Shown: positions 1 through 9,590 of the stretch, in pieces
Layout of the letters: the number at the start of each line of letters is the position of its first letter
How positions within the stretch are numbered: the stretch's first letter is position 1
NCBI GenBank assembly: GCA_000175855.1
Contig: ACYB01000010.1
Coordinates: 1-32,000 of the forward strand
DNA from: Raphidiopsis brookii D9
GTDB lineage: Bacteria; Cyanobacteriota; Cyanobacteriia; Cyanobacteriales; Nostocaceae
Direction of reading: 5' to 3'
Length of the DNA stretch: 32,000 nt
The notes under the pieces: generated by a model
What the model was told of the DNA's origin: nothing
Seen by the model: only the letters and a program-made list of their open reading frames with translations
Database searches by the model: none
Position numbers and translations under genes: made by a program

Positions 1-345
1 ATCCCATTTACGATTTTGCTCATCCCATTTATGAGCTTGCTCAGCTTGGAAAGCATCGAATTTACGATTTTGCTCATCCCATTTACGATTTTGCTCATTC
101 CACTTACGAGCTTGCTCAGCTTGGAAAGCATCGAATTTACGATTTTGCTCATCCCATTTGCGAGCCTGCTCTTCCCTGTCTCGCTGTAACTCATTCAAAA
201 CTCGGTCAAATTTTTCGTCAAACTCAGTCCGGGGAGTGTAATATTCTGACACCGTCCGCAGGACAAAATCCCGCACACCTGGTTCCTCCGCGATCGCCCG
301 GGGCAATTCTTTTTGAATTAATGCCTTAATTTCAGCCTCTATCAT
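1..345 (-). CDS. DUF3782-like protein with coiled-coil repeats, N-terminal part only (runs off the window's left edge)
   Basis: Reverse complement from ATG at 345 reads MIEAEIKALIQKELPRAIAEEPGVRDFVLRTVSEYY... then ...DREEQARKWDEQNRKFDAFQAEQARKWNEQNRKWDEQNRKFDAFQAEQAHKWDEQNRKWD with no stop. The N-terminus matches the next two ORFs. Confidence 0.85.
   Translation of the reverse strand, partial: MIEAEIKALIQKELPRAIAEEPGVRDFVLRTVSEYYTPRTEFDEKFDRVLNELQRDREEQARKWDEQNRKFDAFQAEQARKWNEQNRKWDEQNRKFDAFQAEQAHKWDEQNRKWD
46..195 (-). repeat. Intragenic coding minisatellite: 75-bp higher-order unit built from 21-bp and 33-bp modules
   Basis: ttggaaagcatcgaatttacgattttgctcatccca starts at 46 and again at 121 (75 bp apart), encoding FDAFQAEQARKWNEQNRKWDEQNRK-like units. 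Confidence 0.85.
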
Positions 346-379
346 AGGTTTTTGGTATAGATGTTGAAATGCTTCCCTT

Positions 380-1051
380 TTATGGTACCACTACATCTGC
401 ATAACTATATATCTCAATGCCTAGGGATTTAGCTACCGGTACAGCTCGCTCATCCACCATGGGCGAAATCACAATTTTACGGTTAACCACTCTATTTTGA
501 TTTTTAGCGTAGAAGTCTGCCTTACGACCAAAGATGTACATACCAGCTTTGTCAATAGAAGACTTAAGTTCACAGACAATAGTTAGCCCATTTTTGATGA
601 TTATATCCAATTCCACCTGTTCTGGTCGACCAAATACTTCTCCCTCCTGGTCGTAAAGGGTGAGATTGAGCACCTCCACCCCAAAGGACTGGCCTAGAAT
701 GGCTTGGAGTCCATTACGGAAACTAGCTTCAGAATAGAGACCCCAGCGGGAACCAATAGCACCAATGGCACTTTCGTAACGACGGTTAGCTTTCTGGATT
801 TCCTCCAGGGTAGCACTGTTCTGGGCTTCGATTCTGTCCAGACGTTGATTATTTTCCTCCCATTTGCGAGCCTGCTCTTCCCTGTCTCGCTGTAACTCAT
901 TCAAAACTCGGTCAAATTTTTCATCAAACTCAGTCCGGGGAGTGTAATATTCTGACACCGTGCGCAGGACAAAATCCCGCACACCTGGTTCCTCCGCGAT
1001 CGCCCGGGGCAATTCTTTTTGAATTAATGCCTTAATTTCAGCCTCTATCAT
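380..1051 (-). CDS. DUF3782-like protein: short coiled coil plus PD-(D/E)XK nuclease-like C-terminal domain
   Basis: 223-aa ORF; C-terminus has VELDIIIKNGLTIVCELKS, which resembles a PD-(D/E)XK core, followed by the family-typical KIVISPMVDERA...IEIYSYADVV tail. Confidence 0.8.
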   Translation of the reverse strand: MIEAEIKALIQKELPRAIAEEPGVRDFVLRTVSEYYTPRTEFDEKFDRVLNELQRDREEQARKWEENNQRLDRIEAQNSATLEEIQKANRRYESAIGAIGSRWGLYSEASFRNGLQAILGQSFGVEVLNLTLYDQEGEVFGRPEQVELDIIIKNGLTIVCELKSSIDKAGMYIFGRKADFYAKNQNRVVNRKIVISPMVDERAVPVAKSLGIEIYSYADVVVP

Positions 1052-1088
1052 AGGTTTTTGGTTTTATAGGTGTTGAAATGCTTCCCTT

Positions 1089-1835
1089 TTATGGTACCAC
1101 TACATCTGCATAACTATATATCTCAATGCCTAGGGATTTAGCTACCGGTACAGCTCGCTCATCCACCATGGGCGAAATCACAATTTTACGGTTAACCACT
1201 CTATTTTGATTTTTAGCGTAGAAGTCTGCCTTACGACCAAAGATGTACATACCAGCTTTGTCAATAGAAGACTTAAGTTCACAGACAATAGTTAGCCCAT
1301 TTTTGATGATTATATCCAATTCCACCTGTTCTGGTCGACCAAATACTTCTCCCTCCTGGTCGTAAAGGGTAAGATTGAGCACCTCCACCCCAAAGGACTG
1401 GCCTAGAATGGCTTGGAGTCCATTACGGAAACTAGCTTCAGAATAGAGACCCCAGCGGGAACCAATAGCACCAATGGCACTTTCGTAACGACGGTTAGCT
1501 TTCTGGATTTCCTCCAGGGTAGCACTGTTCTGGGCTTCGATTCTGTCCAGACGTTGATTATTTTCCTCCCATTTGCGATTTTGCTCAGCTTGGAAAGCAT
1601 CGAATTTGCGATTTTGCTCATCCCACTTACGAGCTTGCTCATCCCATTTGCGAGCCTGCTCTTCCCTGTCTCGCTGTAACTCATTCAAAACTCGGTCAAA
1701 TTTTTCGTCAAACTCAGTCCGGGGAGTGTAATATTCTGACACCGTGCGCAGGACAAAATCCCGCACACCTGGTTCCTCCGCGATCGCCCGGGGCAATTCT
1801 TTTTGGATTAATGCTTTAATTTCAGCCTCTATCAT
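1089..1835 (-). CDS. DUF3782-like protein, tandem paralog with 25 extra coiled-coil residues
   Basis: 248-aa ORF; identical to the 380..1051 product outside a 25-aa insertion in the linker (RKWDEQARKWDEQNRKFDAFQAEQN). Confidence 0.8.
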   Translation of the reverse strand: MIEAEIKALIQKELPRAIAEEPGVRDFVLRTVSEYYTPRTEFDEKFDRVLNELQRDREEQARKWDEQARKWDEQNRKFDAFQAEQNRKWEENNQRLDRIEAQNSATLEEIQKANRRYESAIGAIGSRWGLYSEASFRNGLQAILGQSFGVEVLNLTLYDQEGEVFGRPEQVELDIIIKNGLTIVCELKSSIDKAGMYIFGRKADFYAKNQNRVVNRKIVISPMVDERAVPVAKSLGIEIYSYADVVVP

Positions 1836-1872
1836 AGGTTTTTGGTTTTATAGGTGTTGAAATGCTTCCCTT

Positions 1873-1911
1873 TTATGGTACCACTACATCTGCATAACTA
1901 TATATCTCAAT
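1873..1911 (-). pseudogene. Residual 3' tail of a DUF3782-like gene
   Basis: Reverse complement encodes IEIYSYADVVVP-stop, identical to the C-terminus of the intact copies; homology breaks off at ctcaat|tgagg. Confidence 0.75.
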
Positions 1912-2203
1912 TGAGGTGATGAGTATATTGGTAAAGCAGATAGTGATTAAATAAGGGGAGGGGAGTAGGAGAAATGAGAACCTCAACACAAAAAACTTCA
2001 CAAAAATTGATAAAGCGAAACAAAACTAAATCTAAAGAAATAATTAAGGAATTTTAGATCAGGAAAAAAATCGGGGAAAATAATTATTAATAATATGGAG
2101 CAAAAAAATAAAGCTCTAAATAATCATAAGTAAATATAAAACCGTGCAACGTCTGCCTTCACCATAGAGGGAAAGACGTTGTGCAACTTTTCAGTGATCA
2201 CAG

Positions 2204-3313
2204 ATGACGGAGACAATAGTAGTTAAAATAGGCACTTCTAGCCTCACTCAAGCGGAAACTGGCAAATTAGCCCTTTCCACCATTGCTACCCTCACAGAAA
2301 CCCTCTGTCGTTTAAGACAGCAAGGACACAGAATGATTTTAGTTTCTTCGGGTGCTGTGGGTGTAGGTTGTGCCCGACTCGGACTAACAGAAAGACCTAA
2401 AGCCATGGCCCTAAAACAAGCTGTAGCTGCGGTAGGGCAGGGTCGTCTTATGGGTATTTATGATGACTTATTTACCACTCTAGAACAACCTATAGCCCAA
2501 GTATTATTAACCAGAGCGGATTTAGTAGAGCGTAGCCGATATTTAAATGCCTATAATACATTTCAAGAGTTATTAGGACTAGGAGTAATTCCCATAGTCA
2601 ATGAAAATGATACAGTAGCAATAGAGGAATTAAAATTTGGCGATAACGACACTCTTTCAGCTTTAGTTGCCAGTTTGGTAGAAGCAAATTGGTTATTTTT
2701 GCTGACAGATGTTGACCGGTTATATTCAGCTGATCCAAGGAAGGTACGCAATGCTCAACCGATTAGCCTAATTAGTAACATCAGAGAACTGGAGGATCTG
2801 AAGATTCAAGCAGGGGGACAGGGTTCACCATGGGGCACAGGGGGGATGATGACAAAAATATCTGCTGCTCGGATTGCTATGGTGGGGGGGGTGCGCACAG
2901 TAATTACCCAAGGACGTTTTCCCCATGACATAGAAAAAATCATTGCGGGAGAGCAAATAGGAACTCACTTTGCACCCCAACCAGAACCAACTTCCGCTAG
3001 AAAAAGGTGGATAGCTTATGGTTTAGTTCCAGTGGGAAGGTTATACTTGGATGAGGGAGCAGTTATAGCTATTTCTCGCGGTGGAAAATCCTTATTACCA
3101 GCAGGAATTAAAATGGTAGAGGGAGAATTTGACAGTCAAGACGCGGTGCAATTATGTGATCTTCAAGGTAATGAGATTGCCAGGGGATTGGTTAACTATA
3201 ACAGTCAAGAGTTGGCAAAAATTCGCGGTTGTCATTCCCGGGATATTGAAGATATTTTAGGTTATGGAGGTATAGAAACTGTTGTTCATAGGGATAACCT
3301 GGTTTTGATTTGA
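2204..3313 (+). CDS. proB: Glutamate 5-kinase
   Basis: 369 aa; starts [10 protein letters not shown], has [41 protein letters not shown]; C-terminal PUA-like domain. Confidence 0.97.
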   Translation: MTETIVVKIGTSSLTQAETGKLALSTIATLTETLCRLRQQGHRMILVSSGAVGVGCARLGLTERPKAMALKQAVAAVGQGRLMGIYDDLFTTLEQPIAQVLLTRADLVERSRYLNAYNTFQELLGLGVIPIVNENDTVAIEELKFGDNDTLSALVASLVEANWLFLLTDVDRLYSADPRKVRNAQPISLISNIRELEDLKIQAGGQGSPWGTGGMMTKISAARIAMVGGVRTVITQGRFPHDIEKIIAGEQIGTHFAPQPEPTSARKRWIAYGLVPVGRLYLDEGAVIAISRGGKSLLPAGIKMVEGEFDSQDAVQLCDLQGNEIARGLVNYNSQELAKIRGCHSRDIEDILGYGGIETVVHRDNLVLI

Positions 3314-3319
3314 CAAGAG

Positions 3320-4165
3320 TCACCTTGGTCGAATTAGGTGTGGTGCGGCAAATATGGAATAAGGAGTAAGTTGTATATTGAGGTTATATGCACCTGACCA
3401 CAATTTCACCAGGTTGTCTGTGAGTTCTTCTATTTGAGAAAGATTGCTTGTTTCCGGTTTTAGTGATAATAAAATTTTCCAGTTGAGTGGAATTCCGTGT
3501 ACGCTGTTATATGCTCCCGACATTACCCCTGTGAGCACACTACAATAGCAGTTGGAAATTTGAGCTTGTTTATTACTCCGCAAAAGGCTTAATTTAAAAT
3601 CTTCCACACTACTCAAAAAGCAATAAAGGGAAAGAGCCATATTATGGCTGATATTTTCCTGTAAATTGAACTCCGCGCCTATTCGTACCATTCCTGCTTG
3701 TCGCTTTAACAAGTTATTTAATTTTAACAAGCTTTCCGGAAGAGGGGAGGTTGTCTTTCCTAAAAAATCAATTGTTTCGGGAATCAGGGTCACAGTGTTT
3801 AATGTTTCTGTTAGACATTTAATTAGGACATATCCCCAAGCTAAAGCGTTATCTCTTTCTTCCGGGTCTGCATTGCCAAATTTGAGGAATTGCTGTAAAT
3901 TCTCTTTGAATCTGTCTAGATCTTCATGGTAAAAAATGGCTAGCGGTAGTGCAGCTATGACAATCATTACTGCTGTGCTTGTGAACCTGTTGTTTTGGTA
4001 GTTATTTGACCATTCCTCTACATCTAATCTACCCCGGTTAATCAAGCTCTGACTACTCATAATCCCTATTTCCCCCAAACCAACCGACTCCTGAGTAGTT
4101 AAAGTTTCACCTAGCAGCATCCCCAAAAAAATACCCCTAACTCGATCCCTTAGAGAATAACGCAT
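3320..4165 (-). CDS. ADP-ribosylglycohydrolase-fold (DraG-like) protein, apparently degenerate
   Basis: 281 aa; VRGIFLGMLLGETL start and SVLTGVMSGAYNSVHGIPLNW near the C-terminus follow the DraG-family layout. Confidence 0.6.
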   Translation of the reverse strand: MRYSLRDRVRGIFLGMLLGETLTTQESVGLGEIGIMSSQSLINRGRLDVEEWSNNYQNNRFTSTAVMIVIAALPLAIFYHEDLDRFKENLQQFLKFGNADPEERDNALAWGYVLIKCLTETLNTVTLIPETIDFLGKTTSPLPESLLKLNNLLKRQAGMVRIGAEFNLQENISHNMALSLYCFLSSVEDFKLSLLRSNKQAQISNCYCSVLTGVMSGAYNSVHGIPLNWKILLSLKPETSNLSQIEELTDNLVKLWSGAYNLNIQLTPYSIFAAPHLIRPR

Positions 4166-4174
4166 GATATGATA

Positions 4175-4648
4175 TTAAATCTCATTCTTCCTCAGATAAT
4201 GCACCAGTGCTTGTAGACCTAGTACATAACTGTGAACCCCAAATCCGCTAATTTGCCCAATTACCACTGGAGCTATGTAGGAATGATGACGAAAATCCTC
4301 TCGACGATAAATATTACTTAAATGAACCTCCACCGCAGGTAAATTAACACCGGCCATCGCATCTCTAATAGCTACACTAGTATGGGTGTAGGCACCCGCA
4401 TTGATTACTATACCTTGGTGCTGTTTTGTGGCAGCATGGATATTATCTATTAGCACCCCTTCGTGATTAGACTGAAAGGTAGTAACTTTCACACCTAATC
4501 TTACAGCTTCTGCTACTAAGAGGGAGTTTATTTCTTCTAGGCTCTGAGAACCGTAAACACCCGGTTCTCGCTGTCCTAGGAGATTAAGATTGGGTCCATG
4601 CAGCACTAAAACACTGGCATAAAAGTTAGAGCCATGTATTCCGGTCAT
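4175..4648 (-). CDS. aroQ: Type II 3-dehydroquinate dehydratase
   Basis: VLVLHGPNLNLLGQREPGVYG, INAGAYTHTSVAIRDA and VEVHLSNIYRREDFRHHS are hallmark motifs. Confidence 0.96.
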   Translation of the reverse strand: MTGIHGSNFYASVLVLHGPNLNLLGQREPGVYGSQSLEEINSLLVAEAVRLGVKVTTFQSNHEGVLIDNIHAATKQHQGIVINAGAYTHTSVAIRDAMAGVNLPAVEVHLSNIYRREDFRHHSYIAPVVIGQISGFGVHSYVLGLQALVHYLRKNEI

Positions 4649-4785
4649 TAACGACCTCGTGGGCGTTCGTGCACTGGAATAGGGATGAGTTCCGCCTCGG
4701 GTTCCACTTCCGGACCTAGTAGTGCTTCTACTAACTTCCGGGCTAATTCTCTAAGCTTTTCCAGTACCTTTTCTATATAGTCCAT
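4648..4785 (-). CDS. Small 45-aa protein, translationally coupled to aroQ
   Basis: Hand translation from ATG at 4785: MDYIEKVLEKLRELARKLVEALLGPEVEPEAELIPIPVHERPRGR-stop. The stop TAA shares its last A with the aroQ ATG (TAATG). Below the ORF track size cutoff. Confidence 0.6.
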   Translation of the reverse strand: MDYIEKVLEKLRELARKLVEALLGPEVEPEAELIPIPVHERPRGR

Positions 4786-4905
4786 TTAACTGAACACTCC
4801 TGAGATACTTCTCAATCCACGTTTGTGATTTATGACAACAATTGGGGAATGGAAACCTCCCTTAACATACTATGTTTTTACCTTAGTTGTCAAGATCTCA
4901 CCTAT

Positions 4906-7533
4906 CTAACCCCTCTTTTGGCTTTTACTGGTGGATTTTGTGGTGGTTGACTTGGTTTTGGCAGTAGTTTTACTCTTAGACTTACTAGAGGTTTTGACTT
5001 TTAACAATTCTAGAGCTTGGTTGAGAGTAATACTTTCTACTGTTTGACCTTCCGGTAGACCGACGTTTATCTTACCATGATTAATATAATAACCATATTC
5101 ACCGTTATAAATATTTACAGGTGCGTCATCTTCTGGATGTAAACCTAATTCTCGTAGAGCAGTCTTGGATTTACTATTTCTGGAACTCCTGGCTTTTTTG
5201 GGTTCTGCTAATAATTCCAATGCGCGTTCTAAAGAAATTGTCAACACATCATCACCCACTTTTAGTGAGCGGTAATCTTTACCCTCTTTCCCCTGATCAT
5301 GAACTATATAAGGTCCAAACTTGCCTAAACTGGCTTGAATTTTTGCTCCCGTTTCTGGATGCTCTCCTAAGTGTCGAGGCAATGACAATAAACCTACAGC
5401 CATATCCAAAGTGAGATTTTCTTGGGTAACACCTTTAGGAAGGGAAACTTGTTTTGGTTTGGGGGTGTCGTCGGTTTTATCTCCTAATTGGATATAAGGT
5501 CCATAGGCACCAATTTTCAGATAAATGGGTTCACCCGTATCTGGGTGGGTTCCCAACTGGTCTGGTCCCACGGTTTTTTGTCGCAGTAGCATATCCACCT
5601 GCTCAGGGTCTAAATCTGCTGGTGTAATGTCTTTAGGAATAGAAGCTGTTACTATCCCTCCTTCATTTTCTACTTCAATAAATGGACCAAACTTACCAAT
5701 GCGAACCTTGGCGTTAAGATTTTCTAACTCTACGGTTTTGGCTTTGCTAGGGTCAATTTGATCTTCTTGTTCTTGCACTAGGGCCTGTAAACCTTTCTCC
5801 CCTAAATAGAATTTCTGCAGATAGGGTAGCCATTCAGCCTCACCAGTGGCAATTTCATCCAGAGTTTGCTCCATTTTCGAGGTAAAACTGGGATCTACAA
5901 TCTCTGGGAAATGTTGTTCTAATAAACTGGTAACAGCAAAGGCAGTAAAAGTAGGAATTAGCGCATTACTTACCAGTTGAGCATAACCTTTATCAACAAT
6001 AGTGCCAATAATACTGGCGTAGGTGCTGGGACGACCAATACCTTCACTTTCTAGAGTTTTGACTAAAGTTGCTTCTGTATATCTAGCTGGAGGTTGGGTT
6101 TCATGTCCCACTGCTTCTAATTCTATACATTGGGGATGATCACCTACTTTTAAGGGAGGTAATATCACTTCTTGATCTTCCAGTGCAGCTTCCGGGTCAT
6201 CAGATCCTTCTACATAAGCACGAAGATAGCCAGGAAAGTCTATACGCTTACCAGAAGAGCGAAATCCGGCTTCTTCTACTCTTAAGTGAACGGCAATCTG
6301 GGTTTGGCGAGAGTCAGCCATCTGGGAAGCAATAGTACGCTTCCAAATTAAATCGTAAACCGCAAATTCCCGCCCACTTAAACCGGTTTCTTGGGGAGTG
6401 CGAAATGTGCTACCAGCAGGGCGAATTGCTTCATGAGCTTCTTGAGCGCCTTTAGACTTGGTAGTGTATTGTCTAGGCTGAGGACTGAGATATTCCTGGC
6501 CATACTTTTGGGTTACACAATCTCGAGCTGCGGCGATCGCCTGTTCTGAGAGGTGTACAGAATCGGTTCGCATGTAGGTAATATATCCTTGCTCATAGAG
6601 ATTTTGGGCGATCCGCATTGTATCCCTAGCAGATAAACGTAGTTTTCGGTTAGACTCCTGCTGCAGAGTGGAGGTAGTAAATGGGGGAGCGGGTTTTCGG
6701 ATCACGGGACGTTCTTCTATATCCGTCACGGTCCAAGTTTTACCTTCCAAACGTTCCTGGAGTGCTAAAGCCTGGTTCTCATTTAATAGGACCACATTAC
6801 GTCCTACAGCGATTTGTCCTGTAGCAGGATCAAAATCACTGCCCGTGGCTACTTTTGTTCCTTCCAAGGTGATTAACAGCGAGGTGAAAGGACTTTTTGC
6901 CTGTAACAGAGTAGCTTTTAAATCCCAATAGGTACCTTCACGAAAAGCTCGGCGCTGACGTTCCTTATTTACTAGTAGGCGTACTGCTACGGATTGAACT
7001 CTACCCGCAGAAAGTCCCCAGGAAATTTTCTTCCACAGGAGAGGAGAGAGAGTATATCCCACCAGACGGTCTAAGATACGTCTAGTTTCCTGAGCGCGGA
7101 CTAATTGATCATCAATAGTTCTGCAGTTAGCCAAAGCCTTTTTGATTGCTTCCTGAGTAATTTCATGGAACACCATGCGCTTGGTAGGCACTTTAGGTTT
7201 AAGTAACTGATATAAATGCCAGCTTATACTTTCACCTTCGCGGTCTTCGTCAGTTGCTAAAATCAACTCATTTGCAGTTTTTAAAGCTTCTTTTAGTTGA
7301 CTGACAACTTTCTTTTTATCTTTAAGAACAACATATACTGGTTCAAAATCTGCTTCTATATTTACCCCAAACCGAGCCCATTTTTCCCCCTTAACATTAG
7401 GAGGGATTTCACTAGCAGACTGGGGTAAGTCACGGACGTGACCCATAGAAGCTTCTACCTGGTAGTCTTTTGGCAGGTAGTTGCGAATGGTACGGGCTTT
7501 GGTTGGAGATTCAACAATAACAAGGGTTGACAT
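4906..7533 (-). CDS. topA: DNA topoisomerase I (type IA)
   Basis: 875 aa; [57 protein letters not shown]; C-terminal [10 protein letters not shown]-type repeats. Confidence 0.97.
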   Translation of the reverse strand: MSTLVIVESPTKARTIRNYLPKDYQVEASMGHVRDLPQSASEIPPNVKGEKWARFGVNIEADFEPVYVVLKDKKKVVSQLKEALKTANELILATDEDREGESISWHLYQLLKPKVPTKRMVFHEITQEAIKKALANCRTIDDQLVRAQETRRILDRLVGYTLSPLLWKKISWGLSAGRVQSVAVRLLVNKERQRRAFREGTYWDLKATLLQAKSPFTSLLITLEGTKVATGSDFDPATGQIAVGRNVVLLNENQALALQERLEGKTWTVTDIEERPVIRKPAPPFTTSTLQQESNRKLRLSARDTMRIAQNLYEQGYITYMRTDSVHLSEQAIAAARDCVTQKYGQEYLSPQPRQYTTKSKGAQEAHEAIRPAGSTFRTPQETGLSGREFAVYDLIWKRTIASQMADSRQTQIAVHLRVEEAGFRSSGKRIDFPGYLRAYVEGSDDPEAALEDQEVILPPLKVGDHPQCIELEAVGHETQPPARYTEATLVKTLESEGIGRPSTYASIIGTIVDKGYAQLVSNALIPTFTAFAVTSLLEQHFPEIVDPSFTSKMEQTLDEIATGEAEWLPYLQKFYLGEKGLQALVQEQEDQIDPSKAKTVELENLNAKVRIGKFGPFIEVENEGGIVTASIPKDITPADLDPEQVDMLLRQKTVGPDQLGTHPDTGEPIYLKIGAYGPYIQLGDKTDDTPKPKQVSLPKGVTQENLTLDMAVGLLSLPRHLGEHPETGAKIQASLGKFGPYIVHDQGKEGKDYRSLKVGDDVLTISLERALELLAEPKKARSSRNSKSKTALRELGLHPEDDAPVNIYNGEYGYYINHGKINVGLPEGQTVESITLNQALELLKVKTSSKSKSKTTAKTKSTTTKSTSKSQKRG

Positions 7534-7946
7534 GGAAATTTACAAAAAAAAGAATAGCTTTGAAGCTAAACAGTCAAGTTGAGATAATTTTGGCAGAATC
7601 TCAAGGTTAAATATCACGTTTGGGCAGTGATTTTATTTTGCCACAAACTATAGGAAACGGGTAAAGATCCCATAAATTCCATAAATATGAGTATAAACGG
7701 CAAGGCCAATCTGGAATGCCATCTAAATCCATATTCATCTTTAACTTATGTTTAACTTATGGAGGTTGTGCTTGGCGAATAAAGTTGGGAAATTCCGACT
7801 CCAGTTTGATTTTGCCTTTTACCTGGGTTCATGACCTTGTCCATAATTCTATAATTTCTAGTTACCGGAGTTAAAAACATAGAGATTAATTATATAGAAT
7901 TAGAGTAGTTGTCCTTAATCTCTAATCACCAAAACCTATACATATC

Positions 7947-9509
7947 ATGGATTTTGCCAATATTGCATCCCAGTTAAACGCGGGAACGATTTTACCAGAG
8001 GGGATTGTGATCATCACCCTCTTGGGGGTTTTGATCGTGGATTTGATTTTGGGACGTGCTTCCTATCAATGGATTGCATACCTAGCTGTTGCTGGGTTAC
8101 TGGGAGCTATTCTTTCCCTGTGGTTACAATGGGACTCCCCCCATCCTATGGGTTTTACCGGTGGGTTTAATGCTGATGACCTCAGTATTATCTTTCGCGG
8201 AATCATTGCCCTGTCTGCTGCTGTCACCATCCTCATGTCAATTAGCTATGTGGAGCAAAGTGGTACGGCTTTGTCAGAATTCATCGCTATCCTACTCACC
8301 GCTACTACGGGAGGTATGTTCCTTTCTGGTGCTAGTGAATTAGTGATGATTTTCATCTCTTTGGAAACTTTGAGTATCTCTTCCTATTTGCTAACAGGTT
8401 ATACTAAGCGTGACCCACGCTCTAATGAAGCTGCTCTCAAATATCTGCTTATTGGTGCTTCTACCACAGCTGTATTTTTGTATGGCATGTCCCTTCTATA
8501 TGGATTATCAGGAGGCGAAACTGAATTAAATGCGATCGCCAGTGGTATTGCTACAGCTCATGGAGGTCAGTCTCTAGGTTTAGTAATTGCTCTAGTGTTC
8601 ATAATTGCTGGCATTGGGTTTAAAATATCTGCTGCACCCTTTCACCAATGGACACCTGATGTTTATGAGGGTGCCCCTACCCCAGTCATAGCTTTTTTAT
8701 CCGTTGGTTCCAAAGCAGCAGGTTTGGCTTTGTCCATCCGGTTATTAACAGTAGTGTTCCCCTTAGTAGACCAAGAGTGGAGATTTGTGTTTACTGCTTT
8801 GGCCGTACTGAGTATGATCTTGGGTAACGTTGTAGCCCTCGCTCAAACCAGCATGAAACGAATGTTGGCCTATTCCTCCATTGCTCAAGCTGGTTTTGTG
8901 ATGATTGGCTTAATTGCTGGTACGGATGCAGGTTACTCCAGTATGTTATTTTACTTACTAGTATATCTGTTCATGAATTTGTGCGGATTTACCTGTATTA
9001 TTCTTTTCTCTCTGAGAACAGGTACAGATCAGATTACGGAATACTCTGGTTTATATCAAAAAGACCCCCTACTGACCCTAGGTTTAAGTGTTTCCCTATT
9101 ATCCCTGGGTGGGATTCCACCCCTGGCTGGATTTTTCGGTAAGATTTACCTATTTTGGGCAGGTTGGCAAGCGGGTCTATATTGGTTAGTGTTGTTAGGA
9201 TTAGTCACGAGTGTAATTTCCATTTATTACTACATTCGGGTAGTGAAAATGATGGTGGTGAAAGAACCTCAAGAAATGTCTGATGTAGTTAAGAATTATC
9301 CGACCGTGCGGTGGGATCTACCAGGATTTAGACCTTTACAAGTGGGATTGATAGTCACCCTCATTGCTACAACTATCTCTGGTATTTTGTCTAATCCTTT
9401 ATTTACCTTGGTCAACACTTCTGTTGCTCACACACCGATTTTACAAGCTGGAAAATTGACTAGTAGTCAAACCAGTTTAGTTGTGGATCAAAAGTCCCAA
9501 CAACTATAA
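7947..9509 (+). CDS. ndhB: NAD(P)H-quinone oxidoreductase subunit 2 (NdhB / subunit N type)
   Basis: 520-aa polytopic membrane protein; [63 protein letters not shown]. Confidence 0.95.
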   Translation: MDFANIASQLNAGTILPEGIVIITLLGVLIVDLILGRASYQWIAYLAVAGLLGAILSLWLQWDSPHPMGFTGGFNADDLSIIFRGIIALSAAVTILMSISYVEQSGTALSEFIAILLTATTGGMFLSGASELVMIFISLETLSISSYLLTGYTKRDPRSNEAALKYLLIGASTTAVFLYGMSLLYGLSGGETELNAIASGIATAHGGQSLGLVIALVFIIAGIGFKISAAPFHQWTPDVYEGAPTPVIAFLSVGSKAAGLALSIRLLTVVFPLVDQEWRFVFTALAVLSMILGNVVALAQTSMKRMLAYSSIAQAGFVMIGLIAGTDAGYSSMLFYLLVYLFMNLCGFTCIILFSLRTGTDQITEYSGLYQKDPLLTLGLSVSLLSLGGIPPLAGFFGKIYLFWAGWQAGLYWLVLLGLVTSVISIYYYIRVVKMMVVKEPQEMSDVVKNYPTVRWDLPGFRPLQVGLIVTLIATTISGILSNPLFTLVNTSVAHTPILQAGKLTSSQTSLVVDQKSQQL

Positions 9510-9515
9510 ACTTTA

Positions 9516-9541
9516 TGGGTAATGGATAGTCCCATTACCCA
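9516..9541. terminator. Putative terminator hairpin between the convergent ndhB and permease genes
   Basis: Perfect 10-bp stem TGGGTAATGG / CCATTACCCA with a 6-nt loop, immediately after the ndhB stop and followed by gtttt. Confidence 0.6.
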
Positions 9542-9590
9542 GTTTTCCAATCCACCCTCTGATAGTTGTGTTTTTTTGAAAGGTTATATC

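Larger units (their letters stand above)
1..1911. repeat. Tandem gene duplication array (units of about 709 and 784 bp plus a partial unit)
   Basis: Stop codons at 380 and 1089, plus a third homologous stop at 1873, lie in the same near-identical context; the homology ends at about 1911. Confidence 0.9.

Noticed and set aside
46-195. CRISPR-like periodic repeats at the left edge
   Set aside because: The repeats are contiguous, in-frame coding modules with no unique spacers and no cas genes nearby.
1403-1684. Plus-strand ORFs 1403..1684 and 1413..1679 rich in repeated MSKLVSGMSK / LPFAILLSLES motifs
   Set aside because: They are antisense reflections of the DUF3782 coiled-coil repeat; the minus-strand frame carries the conserved protein.
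1920-2140. AT-rich spacer after the array considered as a possible mobile-element end or toxin-antitoxin remnant
   Set aside because: I found no terminal inverted repeats, transposase fragments or convincing small ORF pair.
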